This document shows positions 37,739 to 50,321 of a stretch of 64,000 bases of DNA, in pieces; positions within the stretch are counted from its first letter, which is position 1, and each line of letters opens with the position of its first letter. Made by a program: the position numbers and the translations under genes. The DNA comes from Tubiluchus corallicola (lineage: Eukaryota > Animalia > Priapulida), in contig JAQGDQ010000031.1 of assembly GCA_030141605.1 (NCBI GenBank), positions 1-64,000 of the forward strand. The letters run 5' to 3'. The notes under the pieces were generated by a model that was not told where the DNA came from, did no database searches, and worked only from the letters and a program-made list of their open reading frames with translations.

Positions 37739-37840
37739 TAATATGTACACTGTATTGCGATGATGGAATGTGCATACCAGAAGGTTCAAGATGTGATGGA
37801 TTTACTCAGTGTCAAGATGGTTCAGATGAAAGAGACTGTG
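37739..37840 (+). CDS. Chitin deacetylase-like exon 3, LDL-receptor class A module
   Basis: CTLYCDDGMCIPEGSRCDGFTQCQDGSDERDC; acceptor tctttcag|, donor |gtacgt; phase 1 to 1. Confidence 0.9.
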
Positions 37841-37974
37841 GTACGTTTACATGTTATTTTTTACGTGGCCTCGATTGCCTTTTTCTTGCATTACAGTTCA
37901 CAAATGCAACAATAATCTATTACAGTGCATACTCACTCAGGAGAAATACCTATCACATTAGTAGCTTAGTTAAA

Positions 37975-38277
37975 AGGGGACGAAGAGAGCAACCGCTTCC
38001 CCGAGCACATTTTTTCAAAATTGGCGCATTTCGCTTGTGCGGTAAAAGTCAAATCTCTTTCATTTTTTGATCGTATAACCTTGGAAGAATTTTCTGGAGT
38101 CATTATTTCATTTGACCAACCTGCCTCCCGTGTTCTTGAAATGAGCGTGTATTTACGCAACTCATTTGTTAAGGATAAAAAAATGTATAAACAATGCATT
38201 AAAAATTCTTTGGTACGTGTCAGGGCGCCTTTTTATGTGCTTGCTCCCCCTAACTTTAGAGCCTGGCTGCACCCCTG
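37975..38277. mobile_element. Partial hAT-like MITE
   Basis: Right end cctggctgcacccctg is TIR-like; left end decayed, no TSD. Confidence 0.4.
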
Positions 38278-39740
38278 TATCATATTTGGTGATTCCGCTA
38301 TGTAACACAACAATACTCATGATGCCATGTTCCCCTATCTGCTGCTAAGTATCTATGTTGTTTAAATCGTTTACAGTATTTGCTAATTTTTTTCTGAACA
38401 TAATTATACGGTTAATCGTCCTGAGGACCTCTGGCTTCTTCCTATTATCTACTTTATGTCTCTGCATATGTTTTCTTATAGCTGAATTAAAATGTTTTCA
38501 CGCAAATTTTCTTTTAATTTACAACAAAGCTGCACAAGAAATCAGCATCTGCAGTTAAAGCAAGATTTCATTGCATTTTCTGTTTTATCGATTAAGGTAC
38601 GCTACCGTTTCGAAGATAACTGGTTCGCGTTCATAACTAAAAGTGCCAAAAACATAACTAAATCGTGGCTACCTGCGTGGTGTTCCCTTGACAACCCAAG
38701 AACATCAAAGTAGAGAAGGAAAATAATAAAATTTCTATCACTAACATTAACTTGCAAATTAGTTTAGTTACAGTCACTGTAAAACATGTTCATCTTGAAC
38801 GTACTCTATGAAAGCAGTTGGTGAAAGAACTTCGTATGTAACTTTGTTAAAAAGCGTTTCTGACTTTGAAGCTACTGTTCCCACAACAGCGGCTCTCCTA
38901 TGTCGTCCCCTTTTAAAACGTTCTTATTCTTGTGTGAAAAATACACGTGAATGTGCTTAGTGGATATTATACACATTCACGCGTATTTTTCACCAGAGAA
39001 AGTTAAACAACGTTAATAAATTAAGTTCGTTAACTCAGTTAATAAATTTGTGCAAAAATGATTTGTGAGGCTTCATCTGACATGCATTCCAGTCATTATC
39101 ATATTGGGGACTGCACGGAGAAGATCTACACCCGTCCGATTTCAGATGGGTTAAGTGTACAGGCTAGGGCTTGCAACGTACGAACTATGTAAAAGGGGCA
39201 ATATTAGTTTCGGGCCGTCTTATGCTTTAATTGCAGCTTTCTCGGGCTGTATTTTTGACATTATAATATATGTCATTGTAATGAAATACATTGTATTGTA
39301 ATGAATGTCGAAATAAATGAAATAATGAACGAATCAATGAACGAATAATGAATCAAATTTCTTGCTGCACGAACGTGAAGCAAATTCAGATGTGATCGTT
39401 CACAATCAGGCCTGTGAAACCAATAATTGCCCGTACAAGATATTACAATATGTTATCGTTTTTGATGATGTAAAGTATGCACGAGTGTACACAGTATTAA
39501 AACAAAGAGCTAAAATTGTTATAACTTAACTGCTTCAGTGTAGTGCTGTGTGGTGGTAAAATTTGGAGGTGGGTATAGTAGTTCGTGCTTTCCTACTTCA
39601 AATTCCAAATAGGTTAGTCTAAGTGACCCAATGCTTATTAACGTTCGAAAAAAATGGAAAATTACTTGTCAAACCTTAAATAGTTTTTCTTTGTAAAATT
39701 AAAACATTATTTATGGAACTTCTAATATTTTTTAACGCAG

Positions 39741-39906
39741 CACTACCGTGCGATCCGAACACTTGCCGGTTGCCGGATTGCCGTTGTTCTGGAACAGACA
39801 TTCCTGGAGGACTGTTGCCAGATGAGACACCGCAGATGGTGATGATCACATTTGAGGGTGGTATCCGACTCACAGAATATAACCACCTCTTTCAGCAAAT
39901 ATTCAA
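39741..39906 (+). CDS. Chitin deacetylase-like exon 4 (CE4 domain start; motif 1 reads TFEG)
   Basis: CDPNTCRLPDCRCSGTDIPGGL...PQMVMITF is typical of arthropod CDAs; phase 1 to 2. Confidence 0.9.
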
Positions 39907-40057
39907 GTACTTTTTTTACTTATTAAAAGCTATATTTAGTTTTCATGTAGATGTTATAGCAAAGACTCATGAACATGAAATTTAATAGTGCAAAAGTGAT
40001 GATTTGAAGACGAGTTATTATCTACCACGAATGCTTACGTTTTTCATCAACATTTAG

Positions 40058-40194
40058 GAAGGTGAATGAGAGAAGGATGAGGGAACCAAGACTTAACCCC
40101 AATGGTTGTCCTATTCTGGGAACCTTCTTCGTCAGCCATGATTACTCTGACTACCAGGCTGTGCAGGACCTCTATCATCAAGGACACGAAATAG
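40058..40194 (+). CDS. Chitin deacetylase-like exon 5
   Basis: KVNERRMREPRLNPNGCPILGTFFVSHDYSDYQAVQDLYHQGHEI; acceptor catttag|, donor |gtgaaa; phase 2 to 1. Confidence 0.9.
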
Positions 40195-40866
40195 GTGAAA
40201 TTTTGCTTTGTTTAAGTACATCCTAACCAAATGTTTAACTGTGGTCAAATTTTTACAATTTGGCACGTTGTTAACTAACTGAATCAGGGAATTCTAAACA
40301 AAAATTCAGTTCAAAATGCTTTGTTCTTTAAATGCTGTGGTGTGAACAATGACAAACTGATTCACATGAACTGACCTGCAGCTAAGCTCGGAGATAAACT
40401 GAGGTTCGTTTCTGTGTTTGTTTAAGTTTGGTCACTCAGTAAGGAGACTTGCCAAATTACTGGCAAAACAACATCATTTTTGAAGCTAGCTTGTTTTGGG
40501 ATGATTATCAGCTGGGACAAGTGGTAGGAATGACCACTGAATGATCAAGAGTTGAGATACTTGCTGCTAGATCATCTACGTTTAGTTTAAAGTTAGACAA
40601 AGGTGATTTGTAAAGAAAGTAACTTTTAAGCAATGTAAACCTACCAAGTGTGACTGGTTGGCTCTTTTTGGACTTAATCCTGAACGGTACAGTTTTGTTA
40701 TACACTTTGTTGGTAAATCTAGTTGTTTGTGACCTTCCTTATCGTAAATGTGGCGCACAGGGTACCCTTGGTTGAGCAATTCTGTTTCTGAATGTGATGA
40801 CGTGAGGGAAGACAAACGAAGAGATGATAAGGTTTAAAGAACCTAACTAATTTTTTTTCTGTGTAG

Positions 40867-41024
40867 CTGTGCATTCCATCAGTAAAAGACTTCCATCAAC
40901 CTGGTGGGCTAATGCTACCGTTAACGAATGGACCGACGAGTTTGCTGATATGAGAAAACTTTTGAATAGGTTTGCTTTCATTAATGAAAGAGACGTTGTT
41001 GGCATGAGAACACCCTATTTACAG
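40867..41024 (+). CDS. Chitin deacetylase-like exon 6 (motif 2 HSISK, motif 3 RTPY)
   Basis: AVHSISKRLPSTWWANAT...VVGMRTPYLQ; acceptor gtgtag|, donor cag|gtaaac. Confidence 0.9.
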
Positions 41025-41438
41025 GTAAACGAATACTCAACCTACTATTATTGGGTACATGCCTCACATAAGGTTTCAACAGTTTAAGTGACATAGCTCA
41101 GTGATATCGACATTCCTAGTTGCCAACATGTCACTGCTTTACAGGTGTTGACCTGATATAAATATGCCTGAGGTATCGTTATTAGCTCATCAATAAAAAC
41201 TATAAATGAGTATAATATCCAACGTATCCTTTTATCAGACATATACTGTACATGAATGTGAATGGAAACTGGATTAATGTTGACACTAATGTCGATCATT
41301 TATTGTTTAAATATATAACATGTTTTACAAAGTTATCCTAGCCCGTCTTTAATGGTTATAGCTATAGACATGTGGATTGCACTATATGTAATTTTGAAAT
41401 TTTCCAGTGCTGACATATTGTGATGTTATTTAATACAG

Positions 41439-41657
41439 ATGGGAGGAAACAATCAACTGAGGATGATGCAAGAAAATGGTTTTGTGTGGGATGCATCAAT
41501 GCCAACCCGACAGAACAATCCACCGTTGTGGCCATACACTCGTGACTACAGGACAACACAAGAGTGTGAGATCCCACCATGTGGTCACAGTTCTTTTGAT
41601 TCCTGGGAAGTTCCAATCATTGATCTGTTTGACATAATGGGACAAATATGTAATCAG
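41439..41657 (+). CDS. Chitin deacetylase-like exon 7
   Basis: MGGNNQLRMMQENGFVWDASM...PPLWPYTRDY...WEVP; acceptor atacag|, donor cag|gtcagt. Confidence 0.9.
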
Positions 41658-41811
41658 GTCAGTAAAGTTTAATTATAGAATTTCTATTTTAATCGCTATT
41701 GGCAATATTTAAATTGAACATCATTCATCGAGGAATGACGAGTGTACTCTTGTATTGACATATGGCAGTGCAGTAAGCACTATAACAGTAACACTATTAC
41801 TATTATTTCAG

Positions 41812-42282
41812 GTGGACCAATGTATGTTTCCAATGAACAAGGAAGAAGCCTTGGATCTGCTAAAAGCGAACTTTGCCAGGCATTACATAACAAACAGAGC
41901 ACCAATGCAGCTTGTCCTCAGAGCGCGGTGGTTCTATGAAGCATACTATAACATCGAAGCAATGCAAGAATTCTTAGATGAGCTAACTGGCCAGCATCCA
42001 TCTGTATACTTTGTCACAATAAGTCAGGCTCTAGAGTGGGTGAGAAATCCTACTCCTATTTCGCAAATTGAGAATTTTGCTCCATGGCAGTGTCCTCCAA
42101 TCACGGACAGACCACCACTGTGTCAGCAAGGTATTACATGCGTGTACCATAATGTAACGCTACATCCTAATGATGTGGACCATCAAGGAGAAAGGTATAT
42201 TGAGACATGTGCTCAGTCATGTCCACCATTTTACCCATACACTGGTACTCCAGATGGAGAGCAACCACCTAGAAGATTGTAG
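41812..42282 (+). CDS. Chitin deacetylase-like terminal exon 8
   Basis: VDQC...NFARHYITNRAPMQLVLRARWF...VYFVTISQALEWVRNPTP...CPPFYPY to TAG; AATAAA at 42359 and 42696. Confidence 0.92.
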   Translation: MDQCMFPMNKEEALDLLKANFARHYITNRAPMQLVLRARWFYEAYYNIEAMQEFLDELTGQHPSVYFVTISQALEWVRNPTPISQIENFAPWQCPPITDRPPLCQQGITCVYHNVTLHPNDVDHQGERYIETCAQSCPPFYPYTGTPDGEQPPRRL

Positions 42283-45237
42283 TTGGGAAAAGTGTACAGG
42301 AATATTTATACTGCAATATACTGTATTTGCCACGTCAGAATATTGCAGCAAAACAAGTAATAAACGGATGAAAAACAGTGACAGTACGTCGCTGTAGTTA
42401 GTATCCCATCATTGTAAATGTGGCAAATTGTCTTTAGTGTAAAAACTGTCCTGTAATCATTTATTTTGTTGTAAATTATCAAAAGCTGCTAATGCGTTTT
42501 AGTTTAGAGTCAAGGAATATTTTAAAATTGCTTTCTGTAAGTACCTGTGCTTGGTCTGCTAATGTTGCCAATAAGATCTTCATTCATTGTCATATTATTG
42601 AAATCATCTGTTTCGCTAAACTTCAGTTTCATTATTTACGGGTGTTAAATTAACTGGTCTACTCATCAGTAACATTCATCCATCAAATAATTATTAATAA
42701 ATGTTTATCGACGTTAACGCTATTTTATCATTGCTATTCGTATCTCGTCAATTCCACTATATTTCATTTGCATTAATTATGTGTGTTTTGTTCATTGATT
42801 TTTTAACCTATTCATACATGTGCAAGTCAAGCTGAAAAACTAGTAAAATTTTGTTTTTAGAATCTGCACAGTCATAATTGTTTTGTAATAGTGTTTGTGG
42901 ACTTCTGATGACATTTTACTAATGCAGAAGAGCAAATGCGAAATATTTTGTAGCTCTTTTCTAAAATTACAGGCTTATTCATTGGCACATTATTGCAATA
43001 TGTATCAGCATAGACGAGCTTGAATCAGACGAGACAGCTTCTTTAAAAAGCCAATTTGTCGTATAGTGTATAAATGCGTGTGCTTCATTTTGCCAGCAAA
43101 TGCACATTCATCATTTATAGCGTCTTACCACTGTTTGTTATTAATTTACAGCTGATCAAATATTGCAAAACGAAGTTTACTAAAAATCAGCTTTCTTTTT
43201 GATTATTTATGGTCGATTTTTTTTTATATTATTACTTCATCATAGAAAATTTTTTTATTTTTTATTATTCCAAACAAGCAAATGATATGAAAAAAGCCAT
43301 TTTTGGCTGCTGTGAAAACTATCAAATAAACCAAAAAACTATTACATCAACGATGCTGATAAAAAGATGTTTGAAATACGGAATGAATGTAAAATGAAGC
43401 ACTGTTTTTTCTGTATCAGATGAGGAATTGAGTTAGCATATTTTGCGCGCTTTTTACTAATTATAAAGCAATCTGTGATATTAGACATAGCTTGTGTAAA
43501 TCATATATATTTGTCATTGATCACATTTCTAAAAAATCTAAAATCAATAGTTGTCATTATTAATTATTATATCCATCCCATCTATCTCGTTGCAGTCATT
43601 GGCTCAGGATTATACCAAAGGTATCAATTTCATTAGAAAACAATTACGTAATTGTCATTCATAATTATTATGGAAACATAAAACTATCAATTTCATATCT
43701 CTAATTTGTAAGTTCATCTGTTTATGACATAAATTGTGTTTAAAATAATTCATATTATTGTTCCACGAATTTCATAATTTTGCAACTCTAGCTGACCAGC
43801 GTGTATCGTAATCAATGTTATCATGTATGTATGTAAATAAATTTGGTGTCTTTGGGTACACATACAGTATTTTTCATTGTTGATGATTTCAAATAAACAA
43901 ATCAGAATATTACTTGAAGAATTTTTACTTTTATTCTAGCAAAAATATTTTATACATTTGCATTGTCAGATCGCTGAAAGCAATACAATAAATACTGTAG
44001 CTTCTCTGTCTGTCAATTAATATGGAAATGTCAATAGTAAGAAATGATAACCTAGCACCCATATAACACGACCTAACATGTACTAATTCCTCTGGAATGT
44101 GGAATTATACATGTATGAATACTTATAAATCATTTCTGCAGAGTGTCATAACTTGTTCGTGATGTACTTGTCCGAGTGGTTCATTCAGTTTCACATAATA
44201 ATGAGATCAAAAGTACAAACGGGAACGTTAGGCAGCGAAAACCACATTTGGTTTGGCAGTTGAAAAAATCTGCCATGTTTTTGACAAAACTTGAATGTCT
44301 TACTTTGAAACAGAAGTGTGTTGTACAGACAAGCTGGGAATGGTTAGATAGTCAATCAATGGCAGGTGACATTTAGGCTTATTTAGATTCTTTGGAAGGT
44401 CCACAGCTTTCCATTGTCTGCATTTTTCTGGTGCGACCATGAGATTTGTAAAAACAGTGTGCCAGATACGATGCACAGAAAACGATCGCGTGGCATTTTG
44501 TAAGTTCTTCAAACAGCTTTGATTGCTCTTTTGTAACCCTTTTGAAAGAAGAGAAGCTGGGCTACAAAGGCTCTATAGATCTGTTTAAAAAGTTCTCATG
44601 CAAGGCAACACGTTAATCATACACAAAATGGTTTCAAATTTTCGTTAATTAATTATAACGTATTTTTGTAGGAAAAAATGTTTATGAAATACGTAATGCA
44701 AATTTTACACAACGTTTCTGTACTAAATATGGGTGCTAGCGCTTTCATTTGCTACTAAATTACAATTTTCCACTCATTAGCATCTTACGGAACTAATTCG
44801 TGTTTTCAACATAGAATAATTAGTTAGTTCAACCAGTGTGTGGTTGAATTCCATTGTTTTAACAACGGAGTAAGTACTTAACTCCATGGTTTAATTTTTT
44901 AAACAAGAACAATAATTCTAAAAATTTTCAATTTACAACATGAAACTTGAGTTACAATGTCGACTTTAATAAAGCTGATTGCACAGTGAGGCGAGCAATG
45001 AATGGAAATAAACAGAAAAGCTCAGACCAGCATTAATTTTAATAAATGTGAAGTTCCGTAAATTTGTTTAGAATTAAACAATTTTATCAAGTTATTCGAA
45101 TACCTTCTGTAGGTTTTTCAAATGAATCAAAGCTTTATAAATATCAGTTTTTTTAAATCTTAGTAAGAAAATGACGTATAATTCAGCCAGTTAATGAAAA
45201 ACTAACTATCTAAGTTCAAGATAGCAAATACCATCCA

Positions 45238-45443
45238 GTGAACGGTAAAAAAGTCACAATTTTGGCTAGGACGAAAATTAAAGTCAGAGGAAAAACACAA
45301 TCAATTTTGGTTATGGTTACGGCTAGTGGTTAGGATAAGAGTTAGTGATAGATAAGGATCAGGGTTATTTCTCTTCACCTCTGCATTCTTTGCTGTGACT
45401 TTTTCAGTGGCTTCTTTACCTGTGACTTTTTACCTGAATTCAC
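45238..45443. mobile_element. Small MITE-like element
   Basis: Inverted ends ggtaaaaaagtcaca / tgtgactttttacc around degenerate GGTTAG-like repeats. Confidence 0.6.
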
Positions 45444-45477
45444 ATATTGACTATGATTCTGGTTAACCAGCACTGAC

Positions 45478-45560
45478 TTAATGTGCAATCAGTCTACTTA
45501 ATGTGTGATCAGTCTACTTAATGTGCAATCAGTCTACTAAATGTGCAATCAGTCTACAAA
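45478..45560. repeat. 20-bp tandem repeat, 4 copies
   Basis: Unit ttaatgtgcaatcagtctac. Confidence 0.9.
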
Positions 45561-46491
45561 TGGGCATAAAAAGTCAAACTCACGCTAAAGTTATAATGCA
45601 ACTAACCATGTCTTTATCACTGGTCATACAACTATTGTAAGTACTATTACTATTAAAGAAATTATAAACAAAACAAACAATTTCAAAACGGCAATCTATA
45701 TCGATAATAGTAATTATATTATTACAATATTACAATCTCTGAAAGCCCAATAATGGGTACAGTATACTGACTTGGCTGCAATAATACAAGAGCCTTCAAA
45801 AGGCCATTAGAGATATGATGACACGGCTAAGTAGCAAAATTAGGACTAGAACAATTATGTAATATCAAACAGTTGGAACTACCAGAAAATTTCACTATTA
45901 CACTTGTAATCTATTCCCGAGTGTTCCCAGAAGTTCAGGTGCACCATGCACACTGGAACATCAAACGAAAATGTTTGCGAATTACATCACTCACAGATCT
46001 TCTATTCAAATTTATTTAACATAGTCCCAATTTCCAAGACATTATATTCGACACACATCCAAAGCTAGCAGTTACAGAAAGTTGTGGACAAATTATAGTA
46101 AACCAGTCTTTGAAGTACCATAACAAGTTCACGTGCACTGCCAATGTTATAAAATAAGAAGCATGTTTTAAAACAATACCCAAAAGGACAAGATTGCAAA
46201 CAGATCAAAAATGAGACTTTTGCATTCAAATTCAAACTTCTTCCTGCCATTGCACACATTAACAAGAGACAGAGTGTACAACTAATAACTGTTACATAAA
46301 CCAAAATAGATACAAGTCTGGGGCGAGGCTTAAAAGAATATGATCTCGGCTACATCACTGATCTTGACAGTGTGGATTGGCTTTACTAATATGAAATCAT
46401 GCAGTATAACTAGATATAGATAACAAATATATCGTGGATAATAAAATACAAGGGTATCAGAATATATTGTAAATGTGCACCGACTTTTAAC

Positions 46492-46965
46492 CAGGGCTGT
46501 GGAGTCGGCAGTAAATTTACTGCTAAAGGAATCGGAGTTGTTAAAACTTAGGTTTTGGAGTCAGAGTCAGGACTCGGGAGTACATTTATTGTTAGAGAAA
46601 TTGGAGTTAGAGTTAGTAAAAAATAGACAAACTCAAACTCCAGTTTATTTTAACTCTTAATGCATTTATGCATAACGTCCCATTTTGGGATGCTTTTGTA
46701 TTGGCGTCTATGCAGCTAGATTGTTTTTTGAGCATAAGAAGTAGTGGCGAAATGCCACTGTAGCTAAATATTGAGTGTGCTACAAACTATTACTTAAAGA
46801 CAGGAGTCGGAGTTGGAGTCCGGGAGTTCTGGCTGCTAAAATTTTAGGAGTCAGAGCTGGAGTTGGATCTAAAATTTTAGGAGCTGGAGTTGGATTTTCT
46901 AAAAATTCTAGGAGTCGGAGTTGGAGCCAAAGTCGGGAATTTAATGTACCCACTTCATAGCCCTG
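46492..46965. mobile_element. hAT-type MITE with GGAGTCGG subterminal repeats
   Basis: Imperfect TIRs CAGGGCTGTGGAGT / ACTTCATAGCCCTG; perfect 8-bp TSD CTTTTAAC. Confidence 0.9.
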
Positions 46966-47304
46966 CTTTTAACTATACTATATGGCACATTACATAAAGT
47001 TCAACACTTTTTGATATGCACAGTAGGATTCTTTTTACATAACTGAAGTTAAAGAAAATGCCCACAAGACTTCAGAGTCTAGCTCATTTTTGTGTGCATA
47101 ACTACCAGTAACAAACTTCTAAAATTCTTTACTACATATTTAATAGTTTGTTTATAAAACTGTGTGGCTACTCTAAAATTACATAGGTACTTGTTCTGAC
47201 TAGACAAATTAGAAAAAATCAAATTTCCAAATTACATTTAAAAACGAGCTTTTGATTAAGCAGCAACACAGCATTGCACACACAAATCAAGAAGGCAGAT
47301 TTGC

Positions 47305-47431
47305 TTAGAAGAATGAATCGTTTTCTAGCTTCTTCCGACGTTCGGCAAATTCATGCATTAAACCATCAAACATTCTTTTGAGGTGAGGACTTTCAAATGT
47401 AACATTTTCATGTTCCAATTCGCCTGTAATG
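47305..47431 (-). CDS. TPST: Candidate additional or alternative terminal TPST exon (ITGELEHENVTFESPHLKRMFDGLMHEFAERRKKLENDSFF*)
   Basis: Acceptor tttgtttccag|; phase-2 frame open for 41 codons in AT-rich context; compatible with donors at 47858 or 49156. Confidence 0.5.
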
Positions 47432-47853
47432 CTGGAAACAAATTCAATTCGGCATCATCAACTCTGCATCCCGTACAATTCTGGTAACTTACAAATTATT
47501 AATACTGTTGTTGAAGATACTGATTTTCACACAAATTTTTGAACAAGCGCTTTTGAATTTTTGATATCAACACTACCAGACAAAAAATATACACAAGCAT
47601 CATCCGTGTCACTATAGTCACTGTATCAGAAATACTTTACGCAAGTAATGCTGATATGAATTCACACATTCATTATAGTAATCAAAAAAGATACTTAACA
47701 TGGAATTTTAAAAGATCTTTGCTATCTGTTTCTAGCAATTCAGCCAGAGGGTTAAAGCACTAACATTGAGAAGACGAACCCGTATATTCATTGCTAAAAT
47801 CAGAATTTAAGTAGTTGCCAAAAATGTAGAATTTGTTAACGATCTCATTTGCT

Positions 47854-47977
47854 TCACGGACGACTCCTTGGGTTGTATTTGAAGTGCTTGTGTTTCCGGA
47901 GTCGCTTTGACTCATTTGGTGTGCTAGGCTTCCATGTAGTCGCTCGCAGCTGTTTCTGTTTTTGCTCCCAGTAGTAT
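47854..47977 (-). CDS. TPST: Protein-tyrosine sulfotransferase, third coding exon (YYWEQKQKQL...NPRSRP*)
   Basis: Acceptor catttttag|; the phase-2 frame is open for 40 codons, and its TGA overlaps a possible donor cc|gtgaag. Confidence 0.65.
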
Positions 47978-48183
47978 CTAAAAATGCCAACAGGTGACCT
48001 ACGGCTGGACAGGTCATCCACTATAATAAAATGTTAATATCAGAACAACAAATGCACTCGCAAGCAAAATGCAAACTGTTAGTTCATGCATAAAAACAGG
48101 AAAATAAATAATCAAAATGGAATTATTAACTTGAAGAAATTTAACCAAATTATTAAAGCTGCTTAAAGCAGGAAAGTGAAGTG

Positions 48184-48239
48184 AATAATAATAATAATAA
48201 TAATAATAATGATGATGTGATGATGATAATAATAATAAC

Positions 48240-48336
<97 letters not shown>

Positions 48337-48381
48337 TATAATAATAATAGTAATTATGATAATAATAATAATGATAATGAT
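48184..48381. repeat. (AAT)n microsatellite
   Basis: Read directly. Confidence 0.98.
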
Positions 48382-49155
48382 TTGCAACTACTCTGTGTCT
48401 AAGAAATTAAAAACTTCTAAATGCGGTGAAGAATTACAAAATAATGCAAATACTAGTTGAATTAAATCAGAAGTCTTGCATATTTATTCTAATTATTTAT
48501 TAAAGTGCAACTAAGGAATTGAAATTTATCCAAGAACTTGCCATAGCATCACGTGTGATTACACTTGTCTTCATTATCATCATCATCACCATCATCGTAA
48601 TGATCAGTTGTTTAGTAACATGATAGTTTAATTAATTCTAACATTTAATGCATTGTTGTTGTTGGTTCAACAAATATTTATTTAAATTTATAAAATTTAA
48701 TTGCAATAAGACAAATTATAAAAATCCCAGAAATTGGTAATTTCACAAAATAAAGTTTAAAATTACAAATCTTCTAAAAGACACTGAAAACAGGAATTAA
48801 TAAAAAATAATCAATGATTAATTAATCAATAAATCAAAAAAAAATTCATAACGTAAAGATAAACAAATAAAACAAGAATTTAAATACCAAAATAATAAGC
48901 AGATATAAAATTCAAAATTCATACTGCAATTTAAATTATCTTAATTAAAGGCATAAAATGTTAGATACTCCCGAAGGGCTTTCAGATATTTTTACATATC
49001 AAGCACAGGGTGGCAGCACTTTCTAAATCAGTCCCCTACAGAAATCTGTGGACAGGCAAGAATCAATAAAAACAAGATAGCTAGTGAAAAAAATATGAAA
49101 ATTATAATTAGTCTTACTGCTGAGATACTTACACAAATTTAAAAAATATACGTAC

Positions 49156-49368
49156 TTGTCTTTTTCAAGCTGTACTGTATTTTCTTTTACCCATAAATCA
49201 GGTTCACCGTATTTTGGAGGATTTGCAGTCGGATCGTATTTGAGCACCCGTAACATCGGAGCAATTGTGGCCATATCCTTTACAACATCTTCGGGTATTG
49301 CACCAACCCATTTTGTTAATGCATCTAGGTTTACTGGTTTAATTACCTGATCGCTGCTACGTTCCGTT
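49156..49368 (-). CDS. TPST: Protein-tyrosine sulfotransferase, second coding exon
   Basis: [22 protein letters not shown]...[23 protein letters not shown]; acceptor tttctcag|, donor |gtacgt; phase 2 to 2. Confidence 0.93.
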
Positions 49369-50321
49369 CTGAGAAAGAAAAAACACTTTATATCATGGGA
49401 CATCGTTTGTAGTATCGTATGCATGTAATGTTCTCCAGAGTTGACTACATATGTAAAACATTTAGTGATATCTGTAGTATATCATTTAGGCCTAACTAAT
49501 GCAATTCATCTTTATTAATTTTTTATTGAGGCCAAAAAGATTTTCAAAAGAATTAAAAATGTTGCTTAAATAAGTAACTTACAGATTTACTTAAATTAGC
49601 AAATTTATTTAAGTTGTTTTTAGTTTGAGCATCAGATATTGACAGACCTAGAACTGCAATTTAACGGGTGGATGCACAGATGTGTACTAAAGAAGTTATG
49701 TTAAAGAAACAAGTTGCGTAACAATTATTTCGAAATCTAAAAATGGTGATATGCAAATCTTTCAAAACGAAAAGTTGTGGGTACAAATTACAGTCCCTCA
49801 GCAAAGTAACATATCACAAGTGCCACCAACAAGAGTAATTTAACAGCAAGACCAGTCTTACTGAAATGCGGTTAACTTTTTAGCTATTGTACTAAAAAAT
49901 TATTAAGCCTATGATACACCAAAGCATTCATTGTCTTCGAGTCTCTATGTTATTCGCAGAAAAACAAAATGGCCGATACCCCATTTATTTTTGCAGTGCT
50001 TTCTTTTTTTATATTATTTACTTGAATGATAATTTGCAGGCTCAGTCATCATTGGTTGATTGAGGAGCACATGCTGGATGCCAGATGCTCAAAAACAGGA
50101 TAGGGCTTCCAATGTTTGGCTTCTCGGGTCTGCTGCCAAAATCTTTAGTTTCGTCAGCCATTAACATTATATATGTTCTTTCTCGCTTCCAGATGCTGGA
50201 CACAGACACCGGACGCTGGACACTTTAGTGTATCAGGCTTTATTTAGATGATTTGCAAAACTTCACATTTGCAAAAAAAATTCTATTTACTGACATGCTC
50301 GGAATTTGTAAAAGTAATTAC

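Noticed and set aside
42900-42935. Other CTGATGA matches as hammerheads (also ~53520 and ~57344)
   Set aside because: No stem II followed by GAAA in the required geometry.
47760-48017. 85-aa ORF as the TPST C-terminus
   Set aside because: It needs a phase-1 junction, but the upstream exon ends in phase 2, which selects the YYWEQK frame.
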